Source: Chrysomallon squamiferum (lineage: Eukaryota; Animalia; Mollusca). From it: a stretch of DNA of 64,000 bases. Location: contig CM022673.1 in assembly GCA_012295275.1 (NCBI GenBank), positions 5,518,001 to 5,582,000 on the forward strand, in the 5' to 3' direction. How positions within the stretch are numbered: the first letter of the stretch is position 1; every line of letters begins with the position of its first letter. The notes beneath the pieces were generated by a model. The model saw only the letters and a program-made list of their open reading frames with translations, did no database searches and was not told the DNA's origin. A program made the translations under genes and the position numbers. Shown here piece by piece: positions 35,423-47,347 of this stretch.

Positions 35423-36635
35423 CATGGCAACAATTATACCATTCCAGATTGTCTTCAAATGTTTGGGTTTTTTGTTAAGAATAATTTACTTGTAGATCCA
35501 TCATTTTGAGATATTTATATTCAGGTCACTTTTATGACATAATTGTATTTTTATTATGATGTTTTTTTTAATTATTATTTTTTTTTTAAATTATAATTTC
35601 TGTTTACAGAAACATTTACAAGGCATTTTTATTTGTTATGTTCTTCTTGATAATTATTACTCAAATTTATCATTTTAAGAATGCAAAAAATGTTTGTTCA
35701 TTGAATGACAAAGACACAAAACAAAAGAATTATAACTTAGGAAAACTTATTTATCTAATGAGTTACACTTGTGTGATTACTCCAAATGCAAATCTGTTTT
35801 GCTTTCATATTCATTGGATATACACACATACGCACACAAACATACATGTATACATATGGAAGTGTATGCAGCACAGTATTTTAACAACTTACAATCAGAG
35901 ATGTTCATAGTCTGTATTGCTTCATTTTGTAAGCAAAATAAGTTCTCAGTCAAACAAATATTAGTTTTAAGATAATGGTATTTTAATATATCAGTTTACA
36001 GCTAGAGTACACTGTAGTCTATTAGGTGTGTTCAGCTCAGTGTTTCGAGAGAGAGAAAAATTGCTTGTTTAGTAACTGATTTTGTGACACATTCGGTACT
36101 ATTGAATCTGTTGTATTCTGTGTTTTTAATATCTCACTCAAATAGATGTCTGTGTAATACAAAATAATATCAGAGATATGTTTTTTACATTTTATCACTT
36201 ATTTGTTTTTAATTGTTAGTGGTGCTGATTAATTTGTCTAATTACGTAGTTGTTTTTTCATTTCATTCTTTATCAGTGAAATTAGAATCATAACGATCTA
36301 ACTAGTTCTGTGAATCTTTTGTGGAACTAGTGATCTTTTTGGTATTGCTGATCTGATTTTGTGAAGGTCTGTATTATTTTTTTTTAGCAGAAATCCTTAT
36401 CTCAGTGATGATTTCAGAAACATAATGATGAACTAGTGGCCTGTTTGTGTAATTAATATTTATTTTTTAAGAGGTTTTGATTTAAAAATTCTTGTGAGGG
36501 ATTTAATTTTTTTTTTTTTTTTCTGTTTTTCAACTTTATATTTATTTTGTTATTATTATTATTATTATTATTATTCTTTCAAATTATTATTATTTTAATT
36601 TTATATATCAATATATATATATATATATATGAAAA

Positions 36636-37417
36636 AATCTGGTAATTTACATATTACCTGAAATATACTTCACTAATTTATACAGATTACCTGAAACATG
36701 CAGAATGGTAATGAGAAGGTTGTAATTTGACTGAAAGAATAATTATAAACAATAATATGCTGGCAATCTTTATTGAAGTTCTCATCAACAACAGTTCTTG
36801 TTTATGCATGTGAGGCTGGAATGGCATTGGGAATAGCACACTAATCTGGCTTTGAAGCAATTAAATTGATTTGTCTGACACCTCTAGCACAGTTACATCG
36901 AGAACTTGGTAAGATGGTTATGGTACATCATGATCTATTTGTGTTGAACTTGACAAATAGACTGCATGTCAATGAGATCAATCTGCATTCTGGAACTGAA
37001 GTCCTTAGACTGAATTGGTTTGACGACAGTTCCCTTGGTAGGTGTCACCACTGCTAGTGACAGAGAACATCATTCACTAGGATATTTGTACCTATAGAGC
37101 ATAAATCAAGCATTGTTTTTCCAACTAATCCCATTTTTGTCCTAGCATGGCTGGCACAACTTTATTGTGCACACTTTATTGTACTCTCCAAACAGGATTA
37201 GTTAAAACAGCAGTGGTGGGTTACACATATTAACTGTAACCCTTTCTGTGAAATGATTTGTCTACACTGATCCAAAGACTTGTCAGTATCATGCATATTA
37301 TTGTTTATAGTTATTTTTTCAGTCATATAACAACCTTGTCAATATCATTCTGCATGTTTCAGGTAATCTGTATAAATTGGTGAAGTATATTTCAGGAAAT
37401 GTGTATATTGCCAGATT
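36636..37417. mobile_element. Foldback/MITE-like element with ~125-bp inverted arms
   Basis: 36636-36760 (aatctggtaatttacatattacctgaaatatacttcactaatttatacagattacctgaaacatgcagaatg...aataatatgc) is a near reverse complement of 37293-37417; ~530-bp spacer; no clear TSD. Confidence 0.75.
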
Positions 37418-38683
37418 ACAGATTAACTGTAACATACATAGATTTAAATTTAATTTTTATATTTATTATTATTATTTTTTATGGTGAAATAATACAGATC
37501 TGTCAATGTAATTAGTTGTGACTTTGTAATTTTGTGAGATGTTAGTTTTACTCTAGTCTTAAGAACCATTTCCGTTCAATACAGCTTACCAATCGATAAT
37601 TCTGAAATGCTGGGCATTATTTCATAACTTAAGAATTTCACAACTGTTACATTACTGCCATATATATGTAACAATTAAATGTTTTTGTAACTGTATAAGC
37701 AAATAAACTAATATTTCTTAGCAAATCTTACAAAAGTAATTCAAATGAAGAATATAAATGATAATAAAGTTTACATCTATGATCTATAGAAAAATAAGCA
37801 AAATTGCATGTTGAAGTGATAATCTATATATAAATGATAATAAATAAGATTTTTAGATTATTTTGGATTGAGGAATTCAAGGATTTTGGATTTGTGTCAG
37901 AATACAAGACATATTTAGTTTGCTGTTTAGTACAATCAGTTTTTTTTGTCAGTTGTTTAATTTGTTGTTGTTGTTTTTTTTTCTTACAAAAGACAAATAT
38001 TTTTTACTGTGACATTTGTAATATTTCTTAGAAAACAATTTGGACTTTTTAAAAAAATTTAATAAATATTATTTCAGATACATGGTTTTTGTTTTATTTT
38101 GAATTTCAAGTGACTGGATCCTGCAATAACTGTTATTGTTCGTGAAGCCTGATGCATGAGTCACAAGTTTATTTTTTACTGCCATCTTTTGAAAAATGAG
38201 AACATTTATTGTTTCTTTTCTTATTTATTTTTATTTATTTATTTAAATAAATTTATGGGTGGTCTTTGTGTGTTGAAAAATCATGTGATAAAGACTTCAT
38301 TTTTGCTGCTACATGCTAAACTTTGTTATCTTTGTGTGAGGCACTGTACGCAAAACAGCACCCTCATTGAAAAACAAATATGTACACTTGTTGCTTATCT
38401 AATTCAGCAGAAAAGGTTGAACTATCTATTGTAACTGCAATGAAAGGACCAGGAATTAAATTAAATTATAGGTTGCATCTTTTATTTTAAACGGTCATGA
38501 TTCAGCAGTTTTTCAGGCTCTCTCTAAAAAGTCTTACATACTTACATATTGATTATAAATCTTTCTCTTGTATAAATTTTCTTGAAAATGTTCATCTGCT
38601 GTGTATTAACAAATATCAGTTCTATATTTTATCATTTGCTGTTGTGTTGACAACTACTTTTCTTTGGTTCGCATGATGAAGAA

Positions 38684-38975
38684 GAAGTTGTGGTTCATTG
38701 GTTAAAGCACTGGGGTCATGACTGACAGCATCTCAAAATCAAACCTTGGTGCACATGACGAGTCATTTCCCATTCCAAACATTGTTTGATATAATAATTA
38801 CGTGCTTTACTGTCTCTGGCATGCTGGTTATAAAATTAACCCAAATGTTAATAAAAGAACAGCCAGTTGTGTAGCAGCAGTGTATATTCTTTAATCTGTT
38901 AACTACATATATGATGCCTTAGAACTGAAGATTAAAAGTGCTAAGTGCATTATAAAATAACACATTTTATTCTTC
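38684..38975 (+). mobile_element. Degenerate tRNA-derived SINE
   Basis: A-box-like head tgtggttcattggttaaagcac; body and tail (...ttaactacatatatgatgcc...gtgctaagtgcattataaaataacacattt) resemble, from memory, the common gastropod SINE; not database-verified. Confidence 0.55.
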
Positions 38976-39626
38976 ATTGAATGAGAGGATGCAGGATCAA
39001 TCCTTCCTAATATTCCTTTCAACTTTTTTTTCTTGTTCTTGCTATGACTGGTTTATCAAAAGCTATATTTAAACCTTTTCTTTCGCTCTTTGGAAAGGTG
39101 AAGCAAAAGACCAAAATGGCTGATAGAAATTTTCTAAGTGACTCATGATAATTGTTAGCTCATAGTTCTCAATCCCTACAGAGTTTTATTTCAGAGCCTA
39201 ACCTACTTATTCTATATTTCTATTATTGCCAAGGCTTTAAAGAGTTGGCTGTAACCGGGTTCAGTCAGGTTGAAGTGCTAGATAGGTTTAGTTCACGAGG
39301 GATACTGCTCAAGGTGGGCAGACCAAAAATACATATGTTCATAGATACAGACAGACAGATAGACACACACACACACACACATGATGTATATGTTATCATC
39401 ATTATTTATAATATAAATATATTCATATTTATCCAGTCTAACAACCTTTATTACAGCAACAACAAAACCTAGCAAAAGCAAATCATTTATTAAAAGAAAA
39501 TAAATGAATTTAAAATTTCCCAGAAGAAAAATGTTAATGTTTCACACAATTGTTTTTTTTTAATACTTTTTAGTTTTAAAAAAGTGATATTATATTTCAT
39601 AAAAATATACTGCTTTATAAGATATC

Positions 39627-39741
<115 letters not shown>

Positions 39742-42740
39742 ATTTGTTGTACAAAAACATCTATTAATACATCTATTGTCACAAGTAATTTTTTATTAAT
39801 CGTTTATTTTCTTTCTTTATTTATTATTATTGTAATTTTTTTTTTTTTGTGGGGTGGATTATGTCAGATATTTTTGCCATTTTGTAAGATCTTGGCCAAA
39901 AAATTCCTTATTTTTTATTTATTTTTTAATAGTTTAAATCTTATTTTACAATACAAATACTTCATAACTATTCTAAGTTGATATTTATTTATTTAGAGTG
40001 CAATTTTTTAAATTTCTTAAATATTTTTTTTAAAGAAAATAAAAAGTGTGCATGTCCTAAAATGAGTAAATTAGAAAACAAGCCTTCCCAAATGTCAGTG
40101 ATGTGTAATAATGAATATCTTTAATAATGTAATTAAAATCACTTCTTTCTTTTTTTCAGATAAAATTAATAACAATCTATAAAATATAAAATTTCAGAAG
40201 ATAAGAATCATTATTTCATACACTACAAAAATAAGTAAACAATTATTCTTCGTACGAATCAGCTGGTAGGTTTTCCAAGATCTGGTTTATCCAGAAACCT
40301 CATTGTACAGTTGGTTGGCATGGTAACACATGGGTCTTTTTCAAGTTCAAATATGAGAATTCTGTTTTGTTGTGGGTAGGCAAAGAGTAGATTTTTTGGC
40401 ACATACAGAGTCACTTGGGGACCTTTGGCAGGCCAGTATTTTCCTAAATTGAAGTCATTGATGAAAACCTGGCCCTGAAATTAAAATACCAGTTTTATAA
40501 AAACATTATAGATACATTAAATAGGCAAGTATGCAACAATAATCTGAAACAAAACATTATGTCAAAGAAAACTTCACTAATTTATTATCAAATTATTTAT
40601 TATTTAACTTTTTTTCACTAGGTGGCATAATACTGTCTTTAAATTTCACTCATAAAATGCTTTGATTTTTTTGTTTTCCAATCCAATATTTTAGATGTAT
40701 GTCTTTATTAAATTATACATTCTGGTATGAGTATCATTTAAAGATGAAGACTTAAAAATATGTTTTATTTTATAAGTAATGTATAATTATATGAAAAATC
40801 CATTTATCCTTTTCCTATCCCCATTATATATGTTATTACTGGCAAAACATCTGTTACAACAATGATAAAATTTCAATGAGTAAACATTCTACCAACTCTC
40901 AATAAACTATTTATCCTTGACCCAGAGGTCCAGAGGTCATATAGTAGCAGGCATTAAACACACACTTTAGCATTTGCTAGTGAATTTTAATATGTTAACA
41001 ATAGTTATCTACAATAATAACTGATCCAATTGCAGATATACGGCCAGAAAGGGAAAAAATAATAGCAAAATTAATTAAATTGAAAATGATATAAAGACTA
41101 ATCAAGAACAATGTTACTCTGTAACAAGCTTTTTGTTCAAGATCAATCTTGATATAATATTTAATTTAATTAATTTAATTGACATTTTTAATGCAATGTG
41201 AAGACAACAAACTTTACACCAAGGTAAAATAAAATGTGAAAAACCAAAATACATAATCTAAAAACTTCATACCTTAAATAAAACCAGCCAAAACTAAAAC
41301 AAAATATAAACAAGTGAAAGATATAATTCAAGGACTTCATACCTTTCCCCAGGGTCTGGGGTCTAGAAATGTATCATGTGGTTCTGCATCTTTGGGTAAC
41401 TGAAACAATCCTTTGTAGAAAGTTGGAGTTGTCCAGTTGCCATTATAATTTTCTTTATATTGATCTGTCTTATTGGATAATCTGTAAGTAAAACAAATAC
41501 TGACACATTTTTTTTAAAACCCACAATATTCTTATATCACAAAGTGCACAAAAGTAAACACTATATAGCAATATTTTTTTTGTTCATGATAACAAACTGA
41601 AACTAACAACATAAATGATAGAAAAAAAGTTTAAGTATATATTATGAATATGCAATAATTGAAATGTCCATGAAGACAGATCATTACAAAAAATAGATTA
41701 TTTGAATTTCACAATCAAATATAATAAACTGAAACGGAATTATTCCTGATGTTATGTACCAGTAAAATAAAAATCTTACAAGTGAGGGCTAAAGTTTGAG
41801 ATATTTTCTATAAATAATGGATAGATTTCCCAGTTCACTGGTTTGTCTGATCCAATAGTTATATTGCTGACTATGCCCTGAAAAATAAATACACACTTAA
41901 TAAACAAACAGATGATGATTAAATTAATATAATAACTTAAAACATGATCCAGTAATATTATATTTAAAAGTTTAACTGACTGTTAATTTTCCAATATTAA
42001 CTAATTTTATAGATTTATTTCAATATCATCATTATTTTTTCTTCTTCTTTTTATTATTATCATCATCATCAATATTATTATTATTATTTTTTATTATTTA
42101 AATATTTTCTTTTATCTCATTATTTTATGAAAGAAATTACTAAATTTTACATTAATCATGATTTATGATGAATAATTTCAGTAATCTTATATAAATTAAA
42201 AATAATATTTACAGCTTTGTTATTAATGCTGCTATTGCTATTAAAATTACTGCCAAAATCATTTCCACCTTGTCTCTCATTACTTTCATCCTAATACAAA
42301 ACGTAACACAATATCTAGCACAATATTGCTAATACTATTAACACTAAAACACTTACTAGGACTGTCACTACAACTAGGTTTTTTTTAGTACTTTTATTAC
42401 AACATACTCTGCCAGCCCTTTCACCATTACTACCACTATTATTTTTGTTATTGCTCTGTGTCTGTGTCTCCACATGCATAAATAACTTTCAAATTGTCAG
42501 CTTAAAAAGAAATCCAAATAATTTGGGATTTTTTTTACCTTCTGATTTGGGTCAAGTCCAGGTTCACAGAAGACTTTCCCCATATTTTCAACAAGAATAT
42601 CAAGAGTGTCACCCTCTTTGACAGATATCTGCAGTATGTTACTAGTGCGATATATCAGTATACCAACAGTTTGCTGAAAAAATAAATATTATTATTATCA
42701 TTTTTATTGTTGTTGTTGTTGTTGATATTATTACTATTAC

Positions 42741-42804
<64 letters not shown>

Positions 42805-43296
42805 TTCATTCTTATTAATTGCATTAAACTATTTTGGAAATTTAAATTAATATTTTTATTAATAATTTTATTTTACTTTTTTTTTTATTATACTCATTAT
42901 ATAGTTTTAGATTGCTATAATAAGAATAATATGAATTCAGAAAGCAGTTTCAGACAGATTTATTAAGAAAATAAATAATTTAATATTACAAACTGTTTGC
43001 AAATCTGCAGTATTTATATACTTCTATATACACATGAGTATGCTTATGTATATCTTTTAAGAAACTGGAAATTCATGTACAAAATATTTTATTCCTCATT
43101 AAATCTCTTTATACTAATTATAATTAACATTAATATTACAAACTTACTCTATTCACCATCACATAGCCCCTGTCTCTGATTCCTGTAATCTCCAGTGTCT
43201 CATTATTGTAAGTCTTAGTCAGTGTGTGGCGATATAATATATACCCATAATACTGAAATAATAACAATAATATACATCCATAATATGGAAAAATAA

Positions 43297-43331
<35 letters not shown>

Positions 43332-45397
43332 AATTCTGAAATAATAATAATTATATATAACCATAATACTGGAATAATAGCAATAATAATATATATTCAT
43401 AATACTGAAATAATAGTAATAATAAAATATACAAGCATTAAATTTAAAAGCATATTAAACAGATATTTGCTTGAGATTTTTTAAGATAGAGACTAAATTA
43501 ACAGAGTTATACTAATAATACAACCAAATTATTAAATTACCAAACACACTATCTGTCTCTCACACACACAAAGATACATACTAACTCATTCACTCATTTC
43601 TTCTCTCTTGCAAGGATAATATTTTATATTAAACCTGTCCTAGGTTCTCCATGTTGATTGGATACTGTGATTTGACAACACCAGACGTAAGTTTTGAAAG
43701 ACCATCTTGGATAGTAAACATCTAAAATAAAAAGTTCCAAAACATAATGATAAATCTCTGAAATGTCAGTTTCTTCAGGAAAACAAAATCCTTAAATTTT
43801 AAAAACTGGTGTACACACATTGTTCTGCCTGGTAAATTATTTTGTTAATTGTTCTGTTTATCAAAATTATAAAAATTATGAACAAAAAACCCTTTCTTGA
43901 GTGTCAATAAATTATCATGTAATAGTTAGTGCATGATGAATTAAAAAATAATAATAATTAAAGAATGTACATCATGAAATAAAATTCTAGATAATTAATA
44001 TAAACATATATAGTGATATAAATAAACCAGTCTTACTTTAGTAAGTTTAACAGATCCATAGGCAGCCTTTGTTATGTTTGGTGGAACTGGTGTGGGTTTG
44101 TTATCTGTGTACTGTAGTTGTAAAACAAACAGAAAAAAAACAGTGTGACGTCACATCTGTATAAGCTTTATTAATAATAAAATATGACAATAACAATTAG
44201 CAATTTATTTTGTTTCTTGGTTGTTGTTTTTTCTTCAAAATTCAGTCAAATAAAAATAATTGCACGATGGTGATAATTAGTATAAAAATATAAAATGTTG
44301 GGTATAAACAATATAAAAATTAAAAGGTGATTTATTGTAGATTACCAAGAATGAATGTGAAATTATATATATTTTCAAAATCTGTTACTTTAGTTTATAT
44401 TAAGATGTTATACACAAAGCAGGAGTGTTATAAATTAAAAAATAAATAAATAAATAATAATAATAATAATATACCTTTTTGATAATATTTCTCAACTGAA
44501 AATATTTTTCTGTGGTGTCTCCTGACTCTGTGATTGGAGAATCATGATCATAACTTGGAATCACTATTTTTAATGGCCTTCCTAATAAAACTCCTACATC
44601 AAAAATATAGAAGTAAACTTAGTTTAGTTTAATTATGAAAAAGAGAAAAATTCTCAGTTCCAGTATTAAAAAATGCACTACAGAACTTTTTTTTCAAATG
44701 TGTGCATGTGTGAAATACTGTTGGATGTTTTATTTTTTAATTTGTTATGTTTTTTTAAACAATTTTCTTTTTTTCTATAATTTTTTTTTTTTCTAATTTT
44801 AAACATTAGTTTAGTTTAACTATGAAAACTATTAATATGTCTGTAACAAGAATAAAATTAAAGATGAGATAACAATTATATTCTAGGGATTTTGGTGCAG
44901 TTATGTTAACTTGGTGTAACTTTAAGTAAGAGTGGTCACAGTTTATAATAATTAACTCATCTGTATTAAATAAACATGATTGATACAGACAGTATTTTCT
45001 CATAAACACTGCTGATATATAGTTATTATTTCAAATTATTAGTTATTATTATTACTCTTATTATTAATCATAAATCTTCCTTTTTCTCCCCCTTAAGAAC
45101 GAAAAAGCTGTAGTCTTACTTGTTGCGATGATTCGCATTGAAAGCGACTGATGATTAACTAACGCAGATAATTACGATGCACTAACTCGCCACACTTGCA
45201 TAGATGCTGTGATACGAAAGTGTCTTAGAACATTACTGAACCCTAACAATGAAAGTGATCAAATGGTATTACTATTTGTAGAAAGTGGAAGTAGTGGTGA
45301 GCTGCTAGCGTTTAATAATAACAATGTAATGGAACTGAGAAAAACAGAAACAAAATAATATGCAATTGTGCAGCAGACACTTTCGAGAGGTTTGGGT

Positions 45398-45413
45398 GGC
45401 CCTGAAAAGGGCC
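45398..45413 (-). terminator. Histone mRNA 3' stem-loop of H4
   Basis: AAC-GGCCCTTTTCAGGGCC-ACCCA on minus strand, followed by purine-rich CGAAAG (HDE-like). Confidence 0.95.
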
Positions 45414-45450
45414 GTTGAGAATTGTTGTCGAGTTTGGGGAGGCTGCAAAT

Positions 45451-45813
<363 letters not shown>

Positions 45814-45814
45814 C

Positions 45815-45822
45815 TATTTATA
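45815..45822 (-). promoter_or_regulatory. H4 TATA box
   Basis: TATAAATA ~55 nt upstream of the ATG. Confidence 0.8.
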
Positions 45823-46477
45823 GCTCTGGCGATCTGCGAAACGATTGTGAACAAAAAAATTATGAACGTCGGACGTGAAAGGAAACTGCACACTTAGCGC
45901 CGTTTCGATGCGAAGAAAGTGCAGTGGGTAATCCAACGTGCTTTCATCGGGCGACACCAGTTAGTGAAATAAATGACAGATTAAGTTAAATTCAGTGAGT
46001 CGTTCCTTCGCTCTGATTTCCGTATCGGCTAATACGAACGCGAACGACGGAATCGAGAAACAGCCAATCGTTTTCGAGCACTTTGCTGGCCAATGAAAAC
46101 CAGCTAGAGTTTTGGCGGCAACCAATGAAGACATTTCGGCGCGCAATGTGCGTTTGAAACAAATACGTTCGAGCGTGCCATTATTATTATCAAGTTCGTG
46201 TCCTATTTCATTCAATAAAAATTAAAATAACCTTTCCGAGTTCGAATAGTTATGTGTATGTCCGATTTCATTGGACGTGGGCACGTAAAAAGAGTTCTCC
46301 ATACCATTCCTTAATATAATTTACTTTATTATTATTATCATTATTTATAAATTTTGTTTCATTTCAAGTTATTTATTTTATTTATGTATTACTATTAGTT
46401 TCTTTAAATGATTTTATTACGTCAGGAACAACTAGTTTTATGCAACTGTATAAAATATACTTTCGGGAGATTTCGGT

Positions 46478-46493
46478 GGCCCTGAAAAGGGCC
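46478..46493 (-). terminator. Histone mRNA 3' stem-loop of H2B
   Basis: AAC-GGCCCTTTTCAGGGCC-ACCGA, identical 16-mer to the H4 one, followed by CGAAAG at the same spacing. Confidence 0.95.
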
Positions 46494-46532
46494 GTTGGGA
46501 AATAGTAAGGTGGAAATGTGCGGCTATCCACT

Positions 46533-46901
46533 TTACTTGCTGCTAGTGTATTTGGTGACAGCTTTGGTGCCCTCGGACACAGCGTGCTTGGCCAGCTCGC
46601 CGGGAAGAAGCAGACGTACGGCTGTCTGGATTTCCCGAGATGTGATGGTGGATTTCTTGTTGTATTGAGCCAAGCGAGAAGCTTCGGCTGCAATTCTCTC
46701 GAAGATGTCGTTGACAAAACTGTTCATGATAGACATGGCCTTGCTGCTGACGCCGGTATCAGGGTGAACCTGTTTCAAAACTTTGTAGATGTAGATTCCG
46801 TAGGATTCCTTTCTCCTCTTCCTTCGTTTCTTGTCCCCGGAACGAGCGGCCTTTGCCTTTCCAGCTTTCTTTGCTCCCTTTGTGCTAATCTTAGGTGCCA
46901 T
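46533..46901 (-). CDS. H2B: Histone H2B, replication-dependent, 122 aa
   Basis: [48 protein letters not shown]...VTKYTSSK; true start is the ATG at 46901, not the ORF-track start at 47087. Confidence 0.98.
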   Translation of the reverse strand: MAPKISTKGAKKAGKAKAARSGDKKRRKRRKESYGIYIYKVLKQVHPDTGVSSKAMSIMNSFVNDIFERIAAEASRLAQYNKKSTITSREIQTAVRLLLPGELAKHAVSEGTKAVTKYTSSK

Positions 46902-46949
46902 ATTGCTGCGAGTAACGAAACGAGAATGAAAAATTAGCCCGTTTTCGTG

Positions 46950-47056
46950 TCTTTTAAATGTTTCGAGGGGATCGAGTTGAGAATCGAAAGTGTGCGACTT
47001 TGCGAGTAAATAGCGGACGTGATTGTAGTCAACGCCTCGCGGCTTTACCATTGGTT
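46950..47056 (-). promoter_or_regulatory. H2B promoter
   Basis: Minus strand: CCAAT (47054-47050), GATCC (46973-46969), TATA-like TTTAAAAG (~46958-46951). Confidence 0.6.
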
Positions 47057-47111
47057 GGCGGTTTGTTCTGAATTCATCAGCGAGCAAGCGCGAGGTTATG
47101 AAAGAAACAAA

Positions 47112-47347
47112 AGCAGGTCAATTTCAGTCAAAATAAATGGTCACCCCTCAGTGATTGACAATGGCATTCCACAAGGTTCAGTGGCCTCGCCAACTATTCA
47201 ACATTTACATCAACGACGTACACAGCACTCTTTGCTGACAACTGCGCTCTTTTGGCGAGCAGGCTGATCGGTTACAGCATTAAACAATCATTACAAAAAG
47301 ATTTAATCAATCTAAACGACTGAGCGTTAAAATGGGGCATGCATTTA
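47112..47347 (+). mobile_element. Degenerate non-LTR retrotransposon (LINE) reverse-transcriptase fragment
   Basis: Frameshifted [21 protein letters not shown] / FNIYINDV / TALFADNCAL / LQKDLINLND*ALKWGMHF, matching the LINE RT motifs GVPQGS, LFNIYIND, FADD, LQ..L..L..W...WGM.F. Confidence 0.85.

Noticed and set aside
45100-45240. Possible snoRNA, 5S rRNA or U7 gene downstream of H4
   Set aside because: TGATGA and CTGA words occur but without correct C/D order or terminal stem; no 5S or Sm-site match seen
46902-47087. 62-aa N-terminal extension of H2B in the ORF track
   Set aside because: Runs through the promoter elements; the canonical start is the ATG at 46901
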